Source: Candidatus Babeliales bacterium (GTDB lineage Bacteria > Babelota > Babeliae > Babelales > JABDEC01). From it: 64,000 nt of DNA. Each line of letters opens with the position of its first letter. The first letter of the stretch is position 1. Below are positions 43,422 through 51,168 of the stretch, piece after piece. The stretch is from contig JARLHJ010000008.1 of NCBI GenBank assembly GCA_031292305.1, forward strand, positions 1,846 through 65,845, read 5' to 3'. A program made the translations under genes and the position numbers. The notes beneath the pieces are model-generated. The model worked only from the letters and a program-made list of their open reading frames with translations, was not told where the DNA came from and made no database searches.

Positions 43422-45851
43422 TTATTTTGATTTGGTCGTTTTACTAATTTTTTTCTTATTGTTTTTTTCTTCTGCAACTATTGCTTGTGAAAATTTATGA
43501 TTTGAAAAAGTATGTTTTATAACTTCATCCATAGTTTCAACATAGATAATTTCTAATTCATTACCAAGGTCTTTAATGAATTCTTGTATATCATCATAAT
43601 TTTCTTTAGGCACAAGAACAGTACTAATTTTATATTGCTTTGCAGCTAATAATTTTTCTTTAAGTCCACCAACTGCCAGAACTCTTCCGCGTAATGTTAT
43701 TTCGCCAGTCATTGCAAGGTTGGGTTTAAGAGGTACTTTCGTTAATGAAGAAATCAACGCCCCGCACATAGTAATACCAGCTGAAGGACCATCTTTTGGA
43801 GTTGCGCCTTCAGGGATATGAATATGTATATCTTTATTTGAAGAAAAAGAATTTTTTAGGCCTAATTCTTTCGCGCGTGATCTTATATATGTCAAAGCAG
43901 CTTGTGCTGATTCTTGCATAATTTCACCAAGTTGTCCAGTGAGAGTTACGCTGCCTTTACCAGGAACAACAGTTGTTTCAATTTCTAGCATATCTCCACC
44001 AAACTCTGTCCATGCTAGTCCAGTTGCAAGACCTATATTATTTAGTTTATTGGTGTCTAATGAAGTTTTTTTAAATTTAGCTTGGCCTAGCCATTCTTTT
44101 ACAAGTGCTTGTGTTACAACCAAACTTTTAGGAGCTTTTTCTTTGAGAATCTGTTGAATTGTTTTTCTCATAAACTTTGCAATTAATCGTTCAAGCTGGC
44201 GAACACCTGATTCTTTTGTATATTCACATATTAAAGTACTAAATATTTCATCTGATATTTTAATTTGTGAATTTTTTAAATTATATTCTTTAAGTTTTTT
44301 TGGAATTAAAAATTGACGAGCGATTTCTATTTTTTCAATTTCTGTATAACCAGATAAAGATATAATTTCCATTCTATCTAGTAATGCATAAGGAATTCCT
44401 TCCATATGATTAGCAGTTGCTATAAACATTACATTAGAAAGGTCATATTCTGAATCAAGAAAATGATCTACAAAACCTTTATTTTGTTCTGGATCTAGAA
44501 CTTCTAATAATGCAGCTGAAGGATCACCATGAGAATCTCTAGACATCTTATCAATTTCATCTAAAAGAATTACAGGGTTGGTCACTTTTACTTTGCGCAT
44601 TGCTTGGATTATTTTTCCAGGTAGTGCTCCAATATAAGTTCTTCTATGGCCTCTGATTTCTGCTTCATCTCTTATTCCACCTAGAGATATTCTTACAAAT
44701 TCCCTTTCAAGGCTTTTTGAGATAGCTTGTGCCAATGAAGTTTTACCCACACCAGGAGGTCCTACTAAGCATATGATAGTTGCCTTTTCAGAATGAGCGG
44801 AATGCTTTTTTGCAGCTAAGAATTCAATAATTCTTTCTTTTGCTTTTGTTAATTTAGCATGACTTTTTTCAAGAATTTTTTCTGCTTGAGCTAAACTGAT
44901 TGAATCCTCACTTTTTTTATTCCAAGGCAATGAGATAATCCAATCAAGATAATGCCTGCTTATTACAGCTTCTGATGATAAGTTTGGCATTTGTTCAAGG
45001 CGCATAAGTTCTTTATCAGCTTTTTCTTGAACTTCTTTAGGCAAGCCTAATGTTTTTACTTTTTCTTTTAATTGTGTAACTTCAGCAAATTGGTCTTCTC
45101 GGCCTAATTCTTTTTGAATTGCTTTAATTTGCTCAGTTAAATAATATTCTTTTTGGTTTTTTTCTACTTGATTTTGAATATAACCTTTAATTCTTTGTTC
45201 AGTCTTTATAATCTCGATTTCTTTTTTTAATAAAGAAGCTACACGTAGCATTCTTGTTTCAAGATCAGCGAGCTCTAAAACTTCTTGACGTTCATTTAAA
45301 CTCAAATTCGCAAGATGAACAGCAATAGTATCTGTAAGGCAGTCTATATCTTCAATATTTTTTGCAACAGATAATAAATCAGCTGGAACTTTTTCATTTA
45401 ATTTAGCATATGAAGCATAAAATGTTTGTATTTGTCGCCAGATTGCTTCAATTTCAATGGTTTTTTCAATGTTTGGAGTAGGCAAATCTTGGTAATCAAC
45501 AAGTATAAAGCCTTCATCAGATGTAGTCATTTTAGTAGCGCGTGCTCTACAAATGCCTTCAGCTAGTATTTTTAAGGCATTGTTAGGCATTCTCATCACT
45601 TGAATGATAGTAGCGCGAGTACCTATTTGAAATAGATCGTTTTCAGTAGGTTGTTCGACAGTAGAAACTTTTTGAGCAGTTATAAAGATGGTTTTAGCAT
45701 GTTTTACTGCATATTCAACAGCTTTAATAGACTGTTCTCTACCTACTATTATGGGAATAATGCTTTTAGGCAAAATAACTACGTTTTTTAATGGTAGTAA
45801 AGCTAAGCACTCATTTTGGTACGTGGTTTCTTTTTCTTCTATAATATTCAT
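43422..45851 (-). CDS. lon: ATP-dependent protease Lon (LonA)
   Basis: LON N-domain, AAA+ Walker A GPPGVGKTS, Walker B ILLDEIDK, and protease active-site PKDGPSAG. Confidence 0.97.
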   Translation of the reverse strand: MNIIEEKETTYQNECLALLPLKNVVILPKSIIPIIVGREQSIKAVEYAVKHAKTIFITAQKVSTVEQPTENDLFQIGTRATIIQVMRMPNNALKILAEGICRARATKMTTSDEGFILVDYQDLPTPNIEKTIEIEAIWRQIQTFYASYAKLNEKVPADLLSVAKNIEDIDCLTDTIAVHLANLSLNERQEVLELADLETRMLRVASLLKKEIEIIKTEQRIKGYIQNQVEKNQKEYYLTEQIKAIQKELGREDQFAEVTQLKEKVKTLGLPKEVQEKADKELMRLEQMPNLSSEAVISRHYLDWIISLPWNKKSEDSISLAQAEKILEKSHAKLTKAKERIIEFLAAKKHSAHSEKATIICLVGPPGVGKTSLAQAISKSLEREFVRISLGGIRDEAEIRGHRRTYIGALPGKIIQAMRKVKVTNPVILLDEIDKMSRDSHGDPSAALLEVLDPEQNKGFVDHFLDSEYDLSNVMFIATANHMEGIPYALLDRMEIISLSGYTEIEKIEIARQFLIPKKLKEYNLKNSQIKISDEIFSTLICEYTKESGVRQLERLIAKFMRKTIQQILKEKAPKSLVVTQALVKEWLGQAKFKKTSLDTNKLNNIGLATGLAWTEFGGDMLEIETTVVPGKGSVTLTGQLGEIMQESAQAALTYIRSRAKELGLKNSFSSNKDIHIHIPEGATPKDGPSAGITMCGALISSLTKVPLKPNLAMTGEITLRGRVLAVGGLKEKLLAAKQYKISTVLVPKENYDDIQEFIKDLGNELEIIYVETMDEVIKHTFSNHKFSQAIVAEEKNNKKKISKTTKSK

Positions 45852-45934
45852 AGCACCCCCATCTTTTAGAAAATTGATATAAAATTAGTTTACCAAAGAC
45901 CTTTTGCTTAGTAAACTTAAAAAAATTAATATTT

Positions 45935-45962
45935 TTGCAACTTGTTTATTATTTGCTATAAT
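45935..45962 (+). promoter_or_regulatory. Candidate strong promoter for the first nucleotide-transporter gene
   Basis: TTGCAA (45935-45940), 16-nt spacer, then TGcTATAAT (extended -10, with TATAAT at 45957-45962). Confidence 0.5.
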
Positions 45963-46042
45963 CATAGGGTATTTAAGGTTATAAGTGGTAATTAATAGGT
46001 TTTTTTAGTTAAATTTTCATAAATTCTAAAGGGTTAAAGTAT

Positions 46043-47524
46043 ATGTTTATGTCAATTGTTGCACTTTTTTCACAGATTGCTCCGTATTTATTTCCTGCGG
46101 CAATCGCTCTCTTAGCAATAGGGTTAATATTTTTTAGGCCTTTTGTGATAGGATTGGCTATAAAGCTATATGGCAGGTTCACCAAAGAAGAACTTAAGAA
46201 ATTCGTTACTCTAGCTATAATTTTCTGCCTAACTATAGGTGTTTACTGGTTATTAAGACCTACAAAAGATGGTTTCTTCTGTAAAATGTCTGGCGCTAGC
46301 AATATTCCAGTCGCAAAATGGGTATCTTTATTATTCATCTTCCCATTAGTAATTGCTTATTCAAAATTAGTTGATCAATTTCCAAAGCACAAGGTTTTCT
46401 ATGCTCTTTGCGGAATTTATGGAACAATAGCATTGATTTTTGCTTACTTTATGTTTAGCCCTGTTTATGGTGTTGAAAACATAGGTAAAGTAGCATTAGC
46501 AAATGGCGCTCTAGAATCTCGTCACAACTTAGCTATCGGTAGATATTTAGGTTGGGCTTGGTATATCTTTATTGAAAGTTTTGGATCATTAATCGTTGCG
46601 CTTTTCTGGTCTTTCACAGCCGATACTACTACACCTGAATCTGCAAAAAAAGGTTTTGGCCTTATTGCATTAGGTGGACAATTAGGTGGTATTTTTGGCC
46701 CATATTTTGTATTTAAATATGCAGAAAATTGGGGATTAGGCTGGATGGCTCTTGTTGCCGGTCTTGGTATTTTTTCAATAGCAGCTTCTATTAAGTTGTT
46801 TATGACAATTATTCCTCAAGATGAATTAACAGGTTATCAAGCTAAAGATGAAACTAAAGAACAAAAGAAGCATGAAAAGCCAAAAACTGGTTTCTTTGAA
46901 GGTCTTAAGCTATTAGTTTCTGAACCTTATTTGTTATGTATTTTTGCTTCAATTTCATTATATGAAATTATCGTAACTATTTTTGACTTCCAAATGAAAG
47001 CTATGGCGAGTTCAAACTTAGAAAGTGCTGGAGCTTTAACTGCTTACCTAGGTGAGTTTGGCTTCTGGACTAACTTAATGTCATTTGCTTGTTTATTACT
47101 TGGTATTAACAGTATTGGTAGAAAATTAGGCTTAACTGTAGCATTAGTATTGTTACCGGTGTTAATTGCTGGTGCAGTTGGTGTATTATGGATTAGTCCT
47201 ACACTTTCAGTTGTATTCTGGGTAATGGTATTCTCTAAGGGTATTAACTATGCTCTTTATCAACCATCAAAAGAACAATTATATATTCCTACAACTAAAG
47301 ATACTAAATATAAAGCTAAGGCATGGACAGAAATGTTCGGTTCACGTTCATCTAAAGCAGGTGGTTCAGCTGTGAATTTATTAAATAAATTTATGGAACC
47401 TTCTATGTTTATAATAATCAGCTCAGTTTTATCTTTAGGTTTAATTGGTATTTGGATCTGTTGTGCATTATACCTTGGTAGAACACACAAAAAAGCAGTT
47501 TCAGAAAATAAAGTTGTTTGTTAA
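46043..47524 (+). CDS. Nucleotide transporter, ATP/ADP-translocase (NTT/TLC) family, copy 1
   Basis: About 12 TM segments. FWSFTADTTTPESAKKGFGLIALGGQLGG resembles the NTT block FWgFAN.it..eEAKR.Y, and LYIPTTKDTKYKAKAWTEMFGSRSSKAGGS is also present. 493 aa. Confidence 0.85.
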   Translation: MFMSIVALFSQIAPYLFPAAIALLAIGLIFFRPFVIGLAIKLYGRFTKEELKKFVTLAIIFCLTIGVYWLLRPTKDGFFCKMSGASNIPVAKWVSLLFIFPLVIAYSKLVDQFPKHKVFYALCGIYGTIALIFAYFMFSPVYGVENIGKVALANGALESRHNLAIGRYLGWAWYIFIESFGSLIVALFWSFTADTTTPESAKKGFGLIALGGQLGGIFGPYFVFKYAENWGLGWMALVAGLGIFSIAASIKLFMTIIPQDELTGYQAKDETKEQKKHEKPKTGFFEGLKLLVSEPYLLCIFASISLYEIIVTIFDFQMKAMASSNLESAGALTAYLGEFGFWTNLMSFACLLLGINSIGRKLGLTVALVLLPVLIAGAVGVLWISPTLSVVFWVMVFSKGINYALYQPSKEQLYIPTTKDTKYKAKAWTEMFGSRSSKAGGSAVNLLNKFMEPSMFIIISSVLSLGLIGIWICCALYLGRTHKKAVSENKVVC

Positions 47525-47542
47525 TTAAGGATCTATGAAATT

Positions 47543-47588
47543 AAGGGCCTTCCAAATTTTTTAATAAATTTAGAAGGCCCTTTTGTGT
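47543..47588 (+). terminator. Hairpin terminator after NTT copy 1
   Basis: aagggccttccaaattt / aaatttagaaggccctt long stem followed by ttgtgttt. Confidence 0.6.
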
Positions 47589-47619
47589 TTTAAATAAAAG
47601 TGGTCAAATAGAGGGGTTT

Positions 47620-49026
47620 ATGAGTTCTATATTACTTAAAGCATTTCACTTTCTTTTCAGAGTAGATAAACAAGAGCGTCTTAAATTATTTTTTTTAACT
47701 GCCTCATATTTCTTTTTAATTGGTAGTTATACAGTTATTAAAGAAATAAAAGATTCTATATTTATTACAGTAGTGGGGGAAGATTATCTTCCGTGGGCAA
47801 AAATTGCTGCAATATTCGTTCTAATTCCTGCCATAATTTTTTATTCATATTTAGTAGATAAAATGCGTAGATATTATTTATTATATGTTTATGCATCATT
47901 CTTCGGAGTTATTGGATTAGTTTTTGCTTATTTCCTGAGTGATCCGGTTATAGGTATTTCAAACACAATGTCCGACCCATTTAGACTTTTTGGTTGGTTG
48001 TTTTACTTCTTTGTGGAAGGTTATTCTCCATTTTTAATAAGCGTATTTTGGGCATTTGCAAACTCTGTAACAAGTCCAGAGGCTGCTAAAAATAATTATG
48101 GATTAATGGTTTCGGGTTCAAAACTAGGTGGTATGATTACAGCCGCTCTTGCTTGGTATATATTTGATTGTAAACAATTAGTTAATATGTCAGGTGTAAT
48201 TAAGCATCAAATTTTATTAGCCGTTGCTTCTGCAATCTTATTATTTATTCCTTTATTTATTTATCTTCTTATGAAAAAAGTTCCGGGTAAGTTTTTGCAC
48301 GGATATGAAGCTGTTTATAAAGTAGAAAAAGAACAATCAAAAGAAAAAGAAAAAGAACCGGAAAAAGAAAAAGTTAGTTTATTTTCTGGACTTACTTTGA
48401 TTCTAAAGCAGCCATATGTTCTTGGTATTTTTAGTATGATATTTTTCTACGAAGTAATAAACGTAATTTTAAGTTATCAAAGATTGCTTTTAGCAAAAGG
48501 AACAAGCTCTGATATTTCAGATCTTAGTTGTTCTTTATTCAAACAAATTTTTATGGTGCATTTAATTGGTTGTTTAATTTCACTACTTGGTACCAATGCA
48601 TTATTGCGTATACTTGGTGAAAGAAGATGCTTGATTCTAGTGCCTACTGTTGTTGGAATTTTATTATTTGTATTTATGTTAAATAATACATTTGGTGTTG
48701 TTGGTATGGTTTATATTGTACTTCGTGCATTAAACTATGCAATAAGCTATCCTGTTCGTGAAAGTTTATATATTCCGACTATTAAAGAAATTAAATTTAA
48801 ATCAAAATCATGGATCGATTCATTCGGTTCAAAACTTGCTAAAGGTTTTGGTTCAGGATTTAATATTTTTGCAAAGACTGTATTTAATGAACATGGTTTA
48901 TCTGCATTTATGGGTATTCATTATATATTTTTTGCAGTAACAGTTAGTCTTTGGTTTATAGCTTCCGTGTTATTGGGAAATAGATTTCAAAAAGCTGTAT
49001 CAAGAAATGAAGTTATTGGAGCTTAA
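47620..49026 (+). CDS. Nucleotide transporter, ATP/ADP-translocase (NTT/TLC) family, copy 2
   Basis: Collinear with copy 1: FWAFANSVTSPEAAKNNYGLMVSGSKLGG and LYIPTIKEIKFKSKSWIDSFGSKLAKGFGS. 468 aa. Confidence 0.85.
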   Translation: MSSILLKAFHFLFRVDKQERLKLFFLTASYFFLIGSYTVIKEIKDSIFITVVGEDYLPWAKIAAIFVLIPAIIFYSYLVDKMRRYYLLYVYASFFGVIGLVFAYFLSDPVIGISNTMSDPFRLFGWLFYFFVEGYSPFLISVFWAFANSVTSPEAAKNNYGLMVSGSKLGGMITAALAWYIFDCKQLVNMSGVIKHQILLAVASAILLFIPLFIYLLMKKVPGKFLHGYEAVYKVEKEQSKEKEKEPEKEKVSLFSGLTLILKQPYVLGIFSMIFFYEVINVILSYQRLLLAKGTSSDISDLSCSLFKQIFMVHLIGCLISLLGTNALLRILGERRCLILVPTVVGILLFVFMLNNTFGVVGMVYIVLRALNYAISYPVRESLYIPTIKEIKFKSKSWIDSFGSKLAKGFGSGFNIFAKTVFNEHGLSAFMGIHYIFFAVTVSLWFIASVLLGNRFQKAVSRNEVIGA

Positions 49027-49092
49027 TTTTAAGCTTTTAATTGAATAGTTTGGATATTTTGTTATTATAGAATAGTAAATATTGTTTTTAAT

Positions 49093-49162
49093 TTGCTTCT
49101 TTAAAATTTGGGGTGGCTTCTGGTTATTATATACCAGGCCCAAGAAGCAATTTTGTAACCCC
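49093..49162 (+). promoter_or_regulatory. Possible structured rpsB 5' leader (pseudoknot candidate)
   Basis: Stem 1: ttgcttct (49093-49100) with agaagcaa (49143-49150). Inner hairpin 49115-49140 (ggc..ctggt / accag.gcc). ggggt (49110-49114) is complementary to acccc (49158-49162), which lies just upstream of the SD agaagga. These G/C-rich complements stand out in AT-rich surroundings. Confidence 0.3.
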
Positions 49163-49179
49163 TAGAAGGATACGCTCAG

Positions 49180-50025
49180 ATGATAGATTTTAGAGAATTG
49201 GTAAAAGCTGGTGTTCATTTTGGACATAAAACTACTAAATGGTGCCCTAAAATGGCTCCTTATATTTGGGGACATAGAGGCGGAATACATTTAATAGATG
49301 TATCAAAAACTGCATATGCTTTAGAAAAAGCAGGTAAGTTTCTTGAAGACATGGCATCAAAAAAACAACCTATTTTGTGGATTGGTTCAAAGCCAGCTGC
49401 AAAAGAAATAGTATTTGAAGCTGCAAAAAGAGTTGACATGCCTTTTATCAATCATAGATGGGTTGGCGGACTTATAACTAATTATTCTCAAGTAAAAAAA
49501 ACAATTACAAAATTGTTACATTATGAAGATGTTTTAGCTAAATCAGCAGACTTTAATTATACAAAAAAAGAATTAAACTTACTTCAAAAGAATTTAGATA
49601 AATTAAATAGAAGTGTTGGCGGAATTAGAAGATTAGCGTGGCCTATTGGCGCATTAATAGTAATCGACGTTAAAAAAGAAGAAACAGCAATTAGAGAAGC
49701 TGCGCAATTGGGTATTCCAGTTGTAGCTATTTGTGATACTAACTCAGATCCTTCATTCGTTGATTATGTAATTCCTGCTAACGATGATTCTCCTAAGAGT
49801 ATTAAAATATTAGTAGATTATCTTGCTGATGCTATTCAACGTGGCAAAGATAAAATTGGTGCAACAAAAGAAAAAGAACAAGCGGCTCCAGTTGAAGCTG
49901 TAGTTTTTGAACAAGAACTTGAAGTTCCTGAAATTAATTTAGAAGATGAAGAAGAAACAGAAGCAGGCGCAGTAGAAGCTAACAAAAAGCCAAAACGCGC
50001 TCCTGTTAAAAAAACTGTAGCTTAA
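49180..50025 (+). CDS. rpsB: 30S ribosomal protein S2
   Basis: LVKAGVHFGHKTTKWCPKMAPYIWG..GIHLIDVSKT, plus a C-terminal acidic/basic extension. Confidence 0.96.
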   Translation: MIDFRELVKAGVHFGHKTTKWCPKMAPYIWGHRGGIHLIDVSKTAYALEKAGKFLEDMASKKQPILWIGSKPAAKEIVFEAAKRVDMPFINHRWVGGLITNYSQVKKTITKLLHYEDVLAKSADFNYTKKELNLLQKNLDKLNRSVGGIRRLAWPIGALIVIDVKKEETAIREAAQLGIPVVAICDTNSDPSFVDYVIPANDDSPKSIKILVDYLADAIQRGKDKIGATKEKEQAAPVEAVVFEQELEVPEINLEDEEETEAGAVEANKKPKRAPVKKTVA

Positions 50026-50034
50026 ATAATACTC

Positions 50035-50126
50035 GGAGAGATGTCCGAGTGGCCGAAGGAGCACGATTGGAAATCGTGTATGTCTTGAAAGAGGCATCGA
50101 GGGTTCGAATCCCTCTCTCTCCACCA
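50035..50126 (+). tRNA. tRNA-Ser (anticodon GGA), CCA encoded
   Basis: Acceptor ggagaga/tctctcc, 3-bp D stem (tcc/gga) with gagtggccgaa, anticodon arm cacga-ttGGAaa-tcgtg, a long variable arm, T arm gaggg-ttcgaat-ccctc, discriminator a, then cca. Confidence 0.92.
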
Positions 50127-50214
50127 TACATCGCTAAAGCTTCGTATGGCAGGCCAGCTTCTTAAGTGAATTTAAGAATTTTTTTCTAGTCTAATTAACT
50201 AGAATTATAAGTAT

Positions 50215-50297
50215 GGGAAAGTATAAGGGTTAGTTTGCAGAATCTGTCAGATCCGAAAGGAAGCAGCAGGGGTAAATTTAATCTTGTATACTTTCCC
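50215..50297 (+). ncRNA. ffs: Small (4.5S-type) signal recognition particle RNA
   Basis: ctGTCAGATCC-GAAA-GGAAGCAGCAgggg matches the conserved helix-8 core (E. coli GGUCAGGUCC-GGAA-GGAAGCAGCC) with a GNRA loop. The closing stem is gggaaagtataag / cttgtatactttccc, followed by tgttttt. Confidence 0.82.
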
Positions 50298-50316
50298 TGT
50301 TTTTATTTGGATTAAA

Positions 50317-50676
50317 ATGAAAAAGATTATTTCTTTGTTTTTTGTAGTGTTGATATTTTTTAATATTTCTAGTTCTGAGAGCATGCTGGTAATTCATTCT
50401 AGAGATTATCCTAACATAATTAGATTATTGGATCATGATCCTGATATTACATTTGTAGAGAAAGATGGTCGTATTGAATTGAATAAATTCGCAGGTATTT
50501 TGTATGAGCTATTTTACCACGCGAAAAATATAAAATATCCTAAAGATTTTGACCATGATAAATACTATTCAGAGTTATCTAAGATAGCTAAAGTAATAAT
50601 AAAAAGTCCAATTAGATCTGATGCTAGACAAAAATTGGAAGCATTATGTATGGCGTCGCTCTTAACATCGCAATAG
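50317..50676 (+). CDS. Secreted hypothetical protein (119 aa)
   Basis: The start is moved to ATG 50317 (MKKIISLFFVVLIFFNISSSE). The track's TTG start at 50284 lies inside the SRP RNA. Confidence 0.5.
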   Translation: MKKIISLFFVVLIFFNISSSESMLVIHSRDYPNIIRLLDHDPDITFVEKDGRIELNKFAGILYELFYHAKNIKYPKDFDHDKYYSELSKIAKVIIKSPIRSDARQKLEALCMASLLTSQ

Positions 50677-50682
50677 GATATT

Positions 50683-51135
50683 ATGAAAAGAATTCTAACT
50701 TTGTTGTTTTTAGTTTTGCAAATTAATGCAGCTGAAAATAGTTCTCTTTCTAGTTTTTATAATAAATTAGAGTCTCATTATGGTGAGGATGATACAATAA
50801 CTATTGAAAATGCTACCAATAGAGACATATCAGTTTTTAATGAACATTATTTTATGACTACTGAAGGTAAAAAGTTTTATCATGTTGGTATTGTTATTTC
50901 TTCTGGAGTCTCTGTAAAAATCAAATTAAATAGAATTTTAAGTCTTAAAAAAATTAAATATTTAACAATTTATAGAAATTTGGAATTTTTAATGTATTTA
51001 AAAGATCCTAATGCTGATGTTGATAACTGTAAGACAGTTAAAATAGAAGTAGGAAGTAAATATACAGTCAGAAGAAGAGAAAGTGGTAAATTGTCTATTA
51101 CTGTTCACAATAAAGATGAGCATACTTATTGGTAG
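50683..51135 (+). CDS. Secreted hypothetical protein (150 aa)
   Basis: Signal peptide MKRILTLLFLVLQINAAE. No family recognised. Confidence 0.5.
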   Translation: MKRILTLLFLVLQINAAENSSLSSFYNKLESHYGEDDTITIENATNRDISVFNEHYFMTTEGKKFYHVGIVISSGVSVKIKLNRILSLKKIKYLTIYRNLEFLMYLKDPNADVDNCKTVKIEVGSKYTVRRRESGKLSITVHNKDEHTYW

Positions 51136-51168
51136 TTATATTCTTAAAAGCTGCTAAAATTAAATATT

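Noticed and set aside
49939-50127. 62-aa minus-strand ORF downstream of rpsB.
   Set aside because: It is the antisense reading of the tRNA-Ser gene (MVEREGFEPS... is the typical tRNA-shadow translation).
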